Shown piece after piece: positions 1 through 7,610 of a DNA stretch of 42,488 nucleotides. The DNA is from a virus. Lineage: Duplodnaviria; Caudoviricetes. A program made the translations under genes and the position numbers. Within the stretch, counting starts at the first letter, position 1, and each line of letters starts with the position of its first letter. Under the pieces are notes generated by a model. It was not told where the DNA came from. It did no database searches and saw only the letters and a program-made list of their open reading frames with translations. The stretch spans positions 1 through 42,488 of the IMG/VR virus record IMGVR_UViG_3300033067_001565; one strand, 5' to 3'.

Positions 1-51
1 AGCTCACCGGGTGATGTGTGGTTGTGCGGAGCTCACCGGGTGATGTGTGGT
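1..51 (+). repeat. 22-bp perfect direct repeat AGCTCACCGGGTGATGTGTGGT (1-22 and 30-51)
   Basis: Seen directly; period is 29 bp. Confidence 0.9.
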
Positions 52-77
52 AACTCAACATCTGCTGAACAGCTCGG
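1..77. repeat. Terminal direct repeat, left copy (circular-assembly overlap)
   Basis: Bases 1-77 are identical to 42412-42488. The length matches a common assembler k-mer, and an ORF reads in frame across the junction. Confidence 0.95.
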
Positions 78-747
78 CACGCTCATGGACGGCAGTATCG
101 CCGACCTCGTGTTCACCGACCCGCCATATGGTAATAACCTCGGTTACGGACGCGGCCAGCTCGGCGAGCGCCACATCATGGGCGACGAGGATTGCTCCGT
201 GCTTCAGGGGTTCGTCGGCCCAGCGGCTTCTCATCTTCGCAATAACGCGCACTTCCTAGCATTCACGCAGTGGCGCACGTTCAGCCCGCTGGAGAAAGCA
301 TTTATCGATGCCGGCCTGAAACTCCGCACCGTGGTGGTTTGGGATAAGAAAAACGCAGGCCTATCCGGTGGTGGTTTCGCCGAACAACACGAGCTGCTGT
401 TTATCGGTATAAAGGGCAAAGCAAAACAGAATCACTACAGCGGCAACGTTTGGACGGTTTCGCGCGAGAACAAAAACCGCGTCGATTCTCCGCATCCTCA
501 CCAGAAGCCGATCGAGCTGCTCGAACAAGGAATTCGGATGTGCCTTACCGGTGACGTGGTGCTGGATTGCTTCGGCGGCTCAGGCTCCACGCTCATCGCA
601 TGCGAAAATCTGGGGCACAAAGCGCACCTGATGGAACTCGACCCGAAATACGTCGACGTAATCGTGAAGCGCTGGCAGGCGTTCACCGGGCAACAAGCGC
701 GGCTTGAATCAACGGGAGAAACATTCGCTGAGCGGAAGGCTGCATGA
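1..747 (+). CDS. DNA amino-methyltransferase (N6A/N4C, beta class), catalytic part
   Basis: GDVWLCGAHRVMCG, then catalytic motif IV TDPPY, then HPHQKP, and SAM-binding motif I DCFGGSGST followed by MELDPKYVDVIVKRW. Confidence 0.92.
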   Translation, partial: SSPGDVWLCGAHRVMCGNSTSAEQLGTLMDGSIADLVFTDPPYGNNLGYGRGQLGERHIMGDEDCSVLQGFVGPAASHLRNNAHFLAFTQWRTFSPLEKAFIDAGLKLRTVVVWDKKNAGLSGGGFAEQHELLFIGIKGKAKQNHYSGNVWTVSRENKNRVDSPHPHQKPIELLEQGIRMCLTGDVVLDCFGGSGSTLIACENLGHKAHLMELDPKYVDVIVKRWQAFTGQQARLESTGETFAERKAA

Positions 748-881
748 ACGTGATCGAACTGAAATATCATCCCAAGGATGAGCCCATACCGCACGGATGG
801 GTGTTGTCATCCACGCTGCCCTGCCATCATGGAAACTACAGCGTCCTCATCAAGCGTGAAGCCAAGGAGCGCGCAGCATGA
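744..881 (+). CDS. Hypothetical protein, 45 aa (MNVIELKYHPKDEPIPHGW...)
   Basis: ATGA overlaps with both neighbouring genes; fills the gap between methylase and terS. Confidence 0.65.
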   Translation: MNVIELKYHPKDEPIPHGWVLSSTLPCHHGNYSVLIKREAKERAA

Positions 882-1384
882 GCGACGAAGGCAAACAGGC
901 TTCAATCGCCGCGCTTGAGCGTAGCCGCGCCGCTACACAATTCGGCGGTGAGCGGGGAAACATCCCGAACCACTTGCCCGGCGGTGCCGGCATGAAGCGA
1001 AACAGCGTGCGCCATGCCCTGCGCTATCTCGCCGGCGTGCCGATCGACGTGAAGAACGGCGGCAAGATCGTGTTGCCTGAGCAGCCCACGCCATCCCAGC
1101 TCATCGCCGCAAACGCTCTCACCAAGGCCACCAAGGGCGATATGCGTGCGGTGGAGTATGTGACGGAGCAGATCGACGGCAAGCTCATTCAGGGCAACGT
1201 CAACGCGGAGTTCGACCCGAGCAAAATGAGTGAGGAGCAACTCGATGAAGCTATCCGACAATTACAGCAGGCACTCAGCGAAGGGGATGCTGACGGAGCT
1301 GATGCTCGAGGCGGTGAAGCGCAAGCAGCTGAATCAGGAGCGCAGCAAGCAACTCCAGCAGCAGCAGGTGGCGAAGCTCAGTAA
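878..1384 (+). CDS. Terminase small subunit (probable)
   Basis: AAGGAG RBS; lies directly before terL; TQFGG..GN motif and KATKGDMRAVEYVTEQIDGK helix are typical of TerS-like proteins. Confidence 0.7.
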   Translation: MSDEGKQASIAALERSRAATQFGGERGNIPNHLPGGAGMKRNSVRHALRYLAGVPIDVKNGGKIVLPEQPTPSQLIAANALTKATKGDMRAVEYVTEQIDGKLIQGNVNAEFDPSKMSEEQLDEAIRQLQQALSEGDADGADARGGEAQAAESGAQQATPAAAGGEAQ

Positions 1385-2651
1385 GGTCTGGGATAGGCCG
1401 AAGCTTTACCCCAAGCAGGAAACGGCCATCTTCTGCAGCGAGCGTTACGGCCTTTGCGAAGCGTCAACGAAAGCCGGCAAGACCCACGGCTGCATCATCT
1501 GGCTCGCGGAGCAGGCCTTCAAGTGCTCGGCCGGCCAGAGCGTGTGGTGGGTCGCGCCCGTCAGCATCCAAGCGAAGATCGCCTTCCGCCGCATGAAGCG
1601 CCTGCTCACCGAGCAGCTGGGCGCGGAATCATTTACGGCCACCCAAAACCCCATGACGATCCGCCTCACCGAGAACAACGCGCTGATCGAGTTCAAGTCG
1701 GCCGAGAAGCCCGACAACCTCTACGGCGACGACGTTTACGCAGCCGTCTTCGATGAGGCCTCCCGCGCGCGCCCGGAATCATGGTATGCGCTTCGCTCAA
1801 CGCTCACCGCCACCAACGGCCCCTGCCGCATCATCGGCAACATCAAGGGCAAAAAGAACTGGTTTTATGACATGGCGCGCAAGGCCGAGGCCGGCGAGCC
1901 GGGCATGCATTACAGCAAGCTCACCGCGTACGATGCCATCCAAGGCGGAGTGCTCAAGCAGGAAGAGATCGATGCCGCGAAGCGCGAGCTTCCCGAGGCG
2001 GTATTCAACGAGCTGTATTTAGCCATCCCGAACGATGACGGCGGCAACCCCTTTGGCCTCAAGGCGGTGATGGCGCGCGTGAAGCCCCTCTCGTCACTGC
2101 CGGCGGTATGCTTCGGCGTGGATCTGGCGAAGTCATCCGACTGGCTCGTGATCATCGGCCTCGATGTGAATGGCGACGTTTGCCACTTCGAACGCTTCCA
2201 GCTGCCATGGGCCTTAGCCGAGCAGCGCATCCTCGCCGCGATCGGCACCGGCGTGCCCTGCCTCATCGACAGCACCGGCGTGGGCGACCCGATCGTTGAG
2301 CGCCTGCAGCAGGTCAACGGCATGGTTGATGGCTACAAATTCACGGCCACCAGCAAGCAGCAGCTGATGGAAGGCCTGAGCGTCGCGATCGAGCAGCAGC
2401 TGGTGGGCTATCCCGACGGCGTGATCACCATGGAGCTCAGCTCCTTCGAGTATGTCTACACCCGCACCGGCGTGAAGTATTCCGCACCACAAGGCCAGCA
2501 CGACGACTGCGTCTGCGCCCTCGCGCTTGCCGTTCGCAAGTTCACCGACAGCAGCGATGGCCGCGGCTTTATGGATTACTACGCCACACAGGCGGCCGAG
2601 ATCGATCAGGCGAATGAGTTAGCAAAACAGCAGGGGCGCTTGCCTGCATGA
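1287..2651 (+). CDS. terL: Terminase large subunit
   Basis: Walker A ASTKAGKT, Walker B AAVFDEA, nuclease motifs GVDLAKSSDW, IDSTGVGD and HDDCVCALALA. Start placed at ATG 1287 after AAGGGG. Confidence 0.93.
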   Translation: MLTELMLEAVKRKQLNQERSKQLQQQQVAKLSKVWDRPKLYPKQETAIFCSERYGLCEASTKAGKTHGCIIWLAEQAFKCSAGQSVWWVAPVSIQAKIAFRRMKRLLTEQLGAESFTATQNPMTIRLTENNALIEFKSAEKPDNLYGDDVYAAVFDEASRARPESWYALRSTLTATNGPCRIIGNIKGKKNWFYDMARKAEAGEPGMHYSKLTAYDAIQGGVLKQEEIDAAKRELPEAVFNELYLAIPNDDGGNPFGLKAVMARVKPLSSLPAVCFGVDLAKSSDWLVIIGLDVNGDVCHFERFQLPWALAEQRILAAIGTGVPCLIDSTGVGDPIVERLQQVNGMVDGYKFTATSKQQLMEGLSVAIEQQLVGYPDGVITMELSSFEYVYTRTGVKYSAPQGQHDDCVCALALAVRKFTDSSDGRGFMDYYATQAAEIDQANELAKQQGRLPA

Positions 2652-2668
2652 GCCTGACGCGCGATAAT
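2640..2668 (+). promoter_or_regulatory. Candidate sigma70 promoter upstream of portal
   Basis: TTGCCT-17 bp-GATAAT, 20 bp before the portal ATG. Confidence 0.4.
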
Positions 2669-2688
2669 AACACCACACCACGGGGGAC

Positions 2689-4257
2689 ATGATGCCAAAG
2701 GGCGGCAAGCAGCAGTCGATCAATCCGAACTTCATCACCCGCGTCGCTCAAGGCGTGCAATACGCCATCAAGGGCATCGATGCGATGACATGGTTCTCGC
2801 CCCAGCAGCCCCTCAACCCCGTTGCTCCCGAAAGCGTCGCCGGCCGCATCTGGGATTATCAGCCCGGCTACAACCTCAACATCGGCCCGCGCCCCAATAC
2901 GGGCGGATCGGATATCTATACGCTGCTGCGCGCCCTCGCTGACGTGGATATTGTTCGCGCCGTCATCGAAACCCGCAAGGATCAGATCGACGCGCTGCCG
3001 TGGGACGTTAGGCTGAAAGAGGGCACCAAAGGCAACAAGGCACAAAAAATACTCGAGATTAAGACATTTTTGCAACAGCCCGACGGCTACCACACCTTCA
3101 ACCAGTGGGTCGGCAAGCTCCTCGAGGATATGTTCGTCATCGATGCCGCAACCATCTATCGCCGGCGCGACATGGGAGGCCGCCTGATCGCCCTCGACGT
3201 GATGGATGGGGCCACGATCGCGGTGAAGATCGACGAGGCCGGGCGCATCCCGCTCGCCCCGGATGTGGCCTTCCAGCAGATCCTGCACGGCATCCAAGCC
3301 GTTGACTACGACACGACCGAGCTCTTCTTCATGCCGCGCAAGCTGCGTAACAACACGGTCTATGGCTACAGCCCGGTCGAGCAGATCGCCGCCACCATCA
3401 ACCTGATCTACAAGCGCCTGATCAGCCAGACCGCGCAGTATGACACGGCTAACATCCCGCCGGGCCTTCTCGAGTTCCCGATGACGATGAACGAGAAGCA
3501 GATCAACGATTTCATGAAGGTGCTGAATAGCCGCCTGTCGGGCAATCTCGGTGAGCAGGCAAAGCTTTTCCCGGTCCCGTCCGGCACGAAATATCAGGAG
3601 ATCAAGAAGCCCACGCTCATCGAGCAGCAGGTGGAAGAATGGCTCACCCGCGTCGTCTGCTTCGCCTTCAGCATTAGCCCGCAGCCCTTCGTCAAGGAGA
3701 TGAATCGCGCCACGGCCGAAACGTCTCACTCGACCGCGATCACCGAAGGCCTCACCCCGATCATGCTGTGGCTGAAGCGCATCTTCGATCGTGTCATCGC
3801 CATCGACATGGGCGAGCCCGATATCGAGTTCACGTGGATCGATGACAAGGAGCAAGACCCCAAGGTGCAGATGGAAGTGCTCACCGGCTACGCCGCGAAA
3901 GCCGTGCTGTCGATTGACCGGGTGCGCGATCATATCGGTGAAGAGCCGCTCGGGGGCGCATTCGCTGTGCCAATGGTGCTCACCGCCACCGGCTATGTCG
4001 CCGTGAAGTCGCCAGAGGAGCAACAGGCCGATGCCGACGCGGCCGCTGAAATGGCGCAGATGGCCCTCACCGCTAAATCGAAGGACGAGGAAAAAGATGG
4101 CAAGAAACCCGGAGATAAGCCTGCCGATAAGCCTGTGGCTGACGATGGCAGCGCTGCTGCTGATAAGCATCATCATCGCCTCGCAGCTTCCTATGATAAC
4201 CTCGCGAAAGGGGTCCGCCGGAAGCCCGGCGCAATCCCTTTTCCCGCAAAGCAGTAA
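2689..4257 (+). CDS. Portal protein
   Basis: Follows terL; 522 aa; YGYSPVEQI motif, NIPPGLL, and portal-type C-terminal SIDRVRDHIGEEP. Confidence 0.9.
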   Translation: MMPKGGKQQSINPNFITRVAQGVQYAIKGIDAMTWFSPQQPLNPVAPESVAGRIWDYQPGYNLNIGPRPNTGGSDIYTLLRALADVDIVRAVIETRKDQIDALPWDVRLKEGTKGNKAQKILEIKTFLQQPDGYHTFNQWVGKLLEDMFVIDAATIYRRRDMGGRLIALDVMDGATIAVKIDEAGRIPLAPDVAFQQILHGIQAVDYDTTELFFMPRKLRNNTVYGYSPVEQIAATINLIYKRLISQTAQYDTANIPPGLLEFPMTMNEKQINDFMKVLNSRLSGNLGEQAKLFPVPSGTKYQEIKKPTLIEQQVEEWLTRVVCFAFSISPQPFVKEMNRATAETSHSTAITEGLTPIMLWLKRIFDRVIAIDMGEPDIEFTWIDDKEQDPKVQMEVLTGYAAKAVLSIDRVRDHIGEEPLGGAFAVPMVLTATGYVAVKSPEEQQADADAAAEMAQMALTAKSKDEEKDGKKPGDKPADKPVADDGSAAADKHHHRLAASYDNLAKGVRRKPGAIPFPAKQ

Positions 4258-4283
4258 TCCGGGGCCGCATCAAGTTTCGTAGG

Positions 4284-4997
4284 ATGATGGAGCCCATCCT
4301 GAAGCAGGCCGCGAAAGACGTGGCGGCTCAGGTAAGAAAAGGCGAACTGCTCAAGCTGCGTAAGGCCGCCGACGATATCGATCTCAGCGCCTTCGATGCC
4401 ATCATCGAAATGGCCCCGCGCATCATCGAGCCCGTGGGCGTGGATGCATCCATCCGTACCGTCAAGCAGCTGGGCCTCTTCGATAACGACCAGCTGGTGG
4501 ATCAGGTCAGTCAGCGCGCCGTGGATTACGCGCGCGAGCGGGCGGCCGAGCTGGTGGGCAAGCGCGTGCTGGCGGACGGCACGGTCGTCGACAACCCCCG
4601 GGCCGAATGGCGCATCGATACCACCACGCGCGACGAGGTGCGCCGCATCATCAGCCAAGGCCTCGAGGACAATATCGGCCACGACGATATCGCCGATCAG
4701 ATCGAGGCAAGCTTCACCTTCAGCCCGGAGCGCGCCGAGATCATCGCCAATACCGAAATCGCCATGGCAAACAGTCAGGCTACGCTCGACAGCTATCACG
4801 AGGCCCGGGACGTGGCCGGCGTGAAGGTGAAGAAGGAATGGCAGGCGGATGAAGACCCCTGTGAAGATTGCATTGCCAATATGGATGCCGGCGCGATCGA
4901 GCTCGAGGATGAGTTCCCCTCCGGCGATGACGCGCCGCCGGCGCACCCGAACTGTGAATGCGTCCTTTTACCGGTGGTGGATGATGAAGACGCTTAG
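4284..4997 (+). CDS. Head morphogenesis / minor head protein (Mu gpF / SPP1 gp7 family)
   Basis: RAEIIANTEIAMANSQA, KKEWQA, CEDC and PPAHPNCECVL motifs. Confidence 0.9.
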   Translation: MMEPILKQAAKDVAAQVRKGELLKLRKAADDIDLSAFDAIIEMAPRIIEPVGVDASIRTVKQLGLFDNDQLVDQVSQRAVDYARERAAELVGKRVLADGTVVDNPRAEWRIDTTTRDEVRRIISQGLEDNIGHDDIADQIEASFTFSPERAEIIANTEIAMANSQATLDSYHEARDVAGVKVKKEWQADEDPCEDCIANMDAGAIELEDEFPSGDDAPPAHPNCECVLLPVVDDEDA

Positions 4998-5313
4998 CAA
5001 TAAACTCTGCACGCTCGGGCCGACGCATGCCCACTGGTGCCCAGCATGCAAGGAGCTGCACGGCTTCTGGGTCGATAAGCCGAATCCCGATAACGGTGCG
5101 CGCTGGACGTTCGACGGGAATCTCGATGTGCCAACCTTCAACCCCAGCATGAATATCCGGGCGGAGTTCGCGCCCGAGGATGGCGGCCCTTTTGTTTGTC
5201 ACTATTTCCTGAAGAACGGCGTGATCCAATATCTGAACGACTGCACGCATGAGATGGCCGGAAAAGAAATCCCACTTCCCGACCTGCCCGCATGGGCCCA
5301 GAGCCGCCGATGA
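4981..5313 (+). CDS. DUF6527-like Cys/His protein
   Basis: HWCPACKELH...WTFDGNLDVPTFNPSM...CHYFLKNGVIQYLNDCTH. Start at ATG 4981 or 4984. Confidence 0.7.
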   Translation: MMKTLSNKLCTLGPTHAHWCPACKELHGFWVDKPNPDNGARWTFDGNLDVPTFNPSMNIRAEFAPEDGGPFVCHYFLKNGVIQYLNDCTHEMAGKEIPLPDLPAWAQSRR

Positions 5314-5570
5314 AGGGTGAGCGTGTTCTCGTTGATGATGAGCTCGGCACCGTAGGTATGAAGCCCGGGCAGTATGGCTACTGGCGGGCGGCCGGGCATT
5401 GGGTGGCGCGCACCCCGAACGGCGAGCATGCGAACCTAGCCGCCCATGAGATCACCGACCATGGCGATGGCACGATCACGGTCAGCCCCTCGATCGGCGT
5501 GCGCAAACCCGGGCTTGTGGACTTTCTGTATCACGGCTGGCTCGAGCGCGGGGTGTGGCGCGATGCGTGA
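5310..5570 (+). CDS. Second DUF6527-like protein
   Basis: ATGA overlap with the previous gene; GTITVSPSI...YHGWLERGVW matches the family's T-x-x-P-S-I / H-x-W-L-x-x-G pattern. Confidence 0.55.
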   Translation: MKGERVLVDDELGTVGMKPGQYGYWRAAGHWVARTPNGEHANLAAHEITDHGDGTITVSPSIGVRKPGLVDFLYHGWLERGVWRDA

Positions 5571-5604
5571 TCAATCCTGCCACGAGCGACGGGAATAATC
5601 ATCG

Positions 5605-5790
5605 ATGGCCGATCCCTTAGTCACCGCGCACTTCTCGGATATGCTGGAGCCGGATGCGGGCGATCGCGAGATCCATGTCGGGGCTGCCCGGGGCATGGTG
5701 AATAACCAGATCAATCTCAAGTTCACCGCTGGCTCCTTCATTCAGGATCTGGCCTGTCGCGTCGCGAACTGGCAACGGCCAGAAATTTAA
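5605..5790 (+). CDS. Hypothetical protein, 61 aa
   Basis: ORF fills a gap on the coding strand; no motif recognised. Confidence 0.4.
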   Translation: MADPLVTAHFSDMLEPDAGDREIHVGAARGMVNNQINLKFTAGSFIQDLACRVANWQRPEI

Positions 5791-5870
5791 GGGGTTAATT
5801 TTTCGATAGCGGGAAACCCCGCCATTGCGCTAAAGTGGCCTTCAGCAGTTATCGACCGGGGGGATCGTAA

Positions 5871-7586
5871 ATGCAGAAGGCCGTTCAGGGTAGTGAGATC
5901 AGGGTATTCTTGCCGATTCGCAAAGTCGATGAGGCGAAGCGCATGGTCTATGGCACCCTCACCGCAGAGGTCGTCGACAAGTCTGGCGAGATATTCGATT
6001 ACGACAGCGGTAAAGAAGCCATACAGAAGTGGATGGATGAGCAGGAGAAGATCTCCGGCGGCAAATCCAAGGGCAACCTCCGCGAGATGCACAGCAACAT
6101 CGCCGCCGGCAAATTCACCGATATCGTCTTCAATGACGACGAAAAAACCATCGAGGGCGCTTCCTATATCAGCGACGATTCCAGCTGGCGCAAGGTGCTG
6201 GATGGCACCCTGACCGGCTACAGCATCGGCGGCGGCTATGCCAAGCGCTGGAACGATGAGAAAGACCCAAGCGTAAAGCGCTACACCCCCGAGATCACCG
6301 AAGTTTCACTTGTCGACAATCCCTGCGTGGGCGTTGCCACTTTCGAAGTGGTGAAGGCCGACGGCTCAGTCGAGCTACGCAAATTTCAAACCAGCGCACA
6401 GGAGGCGCAAGACATCATGGATCCAAAAGCAAACGAAGCGACCGTTACCCCCGCAGCCGAGCAGAAGCTCGAGCAATTCTGGAAAGCCAACGACGGCTCG
6501 TATCATGCGAAGAAGAAGGACGCGATCGCGCGCAACGCCGATCTGCTCACCAAGTCGGCAAGCCAAGCAGCCGACAACGCCGTAACCGCGCTGGATGATG
6601 CGATCGCCGCACAAGAAGCGCCGCCCGCCGAGCAAGTAGCTCCGGCGGCTGCTGATGCCCCAGCTGCTGATCCTGCAGCTGCACAAGAACCCGCACTGAC
6701 AGACTCTGCTGCAGCAGCGTCTGGTTCCAATTCGGACGGCAGCGGTACCGAGGGCGGCAGCGATGCCCCCTCGGGGGTTGCCGATAAAGCCGCACCGGTG
6801 CAGGATCTCAAGAAGGGCCTGTATGACGTGGCCCGCCTCGCGAACCTCATTCAAGAGCTGACATGGCTCCAGCAGTCGAACGCGTGGGAAGCAGAGTATG
6901 AAAAAGACGGCTCGACCGTGCCGGCGCAGCTGAAAGAGGGCATCGTCGCCATCTGCGAGGCGCTGAAGAACATGGTGGCGGAAGAAACCGCCGAGCTCTT
7001 CCCGGCCGAGGACGTGATCGAGGTGATCGAGAAGGGCATCAGCCTCGATGGCCTCGCTAAAATGCTTACCGGCGCGAACGCTGAAACGCTCGAGAAAGCC
7101 AGCAAGGAACAGAAGGCGCACCTGAGCGCGATCGCAGATCATCACGGCGCGATGCAGAAATGCATGGATTCCATCGGCAAGTGCCTGAAGGCGATGGGCT
7201 GCGATACTGATGCCGCCACGCTGAAAGAGGACGATGGCGCGGATTCCGAAGTGACGAAGATGGCGAAGGCAGCCGGCATGACACCGGATGATCTGCTTGC
7301 CCGCGCGCTGGCCTTCGAAGGGCTCAGCAAGAAATTCGAGGCGGTCGCCCCGGCGATCGAAACTCTCACCAAACGGATCGAGAAGGTGGAACGTGTACCC
7401 GCACCGTCGAAGGGCATCGTCAACACTGCGCTCGTAAAACGTAACGGCAACGAGGGCATCAGCAGCCCCGTCGATGTCGTAAACCAGCAGCTGGCAACCG
7501 GTGCTTATTCGCCGGAGCAGTCGAACGAAATGATGGCGAAAGCCCTCATGGCGGATGCGCTGCAGAAGCCGGTAAAACTCACCTAA
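5871..7586 (+). CDS. Prohead protease (XkdF-like serine protease) fused to an acidic scaffold region
   Basis: IRKVDEAKRMVYG, NLREMH, GTLTGYSIGG and EITEVSLVDNPC motifs; long Ala/Pro/acidic and coiled-coil C-terminus; precedes the capsid gene. Confidence 0.88.
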   Translation: MQKAVQGSEIRVFLPIRKVDEAKRMVYGTLTAEVVDKSGEIFDYDSGKEAIQKWMDEQEKISGGKSKGNLREMHSNIAAGKFTDIVFNDDEKTIEGASYISDDSSWRKVLDGTLTGYSIGGGYAKRWNDEKDPSVKRYTPEITEVSLVDNPCVGVATFEVVKADGSVELRKFQTSAQEAQDIMDPKANEATVTPAAEQKLEQFWKANDGSYHAKKKDAIARNADLLTKSASQAADNAVTALDDAIAAQEAPPAEQVAPAAADAPAADPAAAQEPALTDSAAAASGSNSDGSGTEGGSDAPSGVADKAAPVQDLKKGLYDVARLANLIQELTWLQQSNAWEAEYEKDGSTVPAQLKEGIVAICEALKNMVAEETAELFPAEDVIEVIEKGISLDGLAKMLTGANAETLEKASKEQKAHLSAIADHHGAMQKCMDSIGKCLKAMGCDTDAATLKEDDGADSEVTKMAKAAGMTPDDLLARALAFEGLSKKFEAVAPAIETLTKRIEKVERVPAPSKGIVNTALVKRNGNEGISSPVDVVNQQLATGAYSPEQSNEMMAKALMADALQKPVKLT

Positions 7587-7610
7587 TCAACAATTCCTAA
7601 GGAGGGAATT

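Noticed and set aside
1-77. 77-bp terminal repeat as a biological DTR or att site
   Set aside because: It lies inside a coding gene and equals a common assembler k-mer length, so it is best explained as circular overlap.
1230-1286. Longer starts given in the ORF track (terL 1230; also 4849, 23288, 23707, 24824, 34945, 36102, 37600)
   Set aside because: Downstream ATGs have better SD sequences or ATGA coupling and avoid long overlaps.
2569-4176. 535-aa minus-strand ORF and other long antisense ORFs (e.g. 7587-8597, 15013-15726, 35041-35847)
   Set aside because: Shadow ORFs opposite well-supported genes in GC-rich DNA, with no motifs or RBS.
5787-5798. CtrA binding box
   Set aside because: TTAA-N4-TTAA does not match the TTAA-N7-TTAA spacing.
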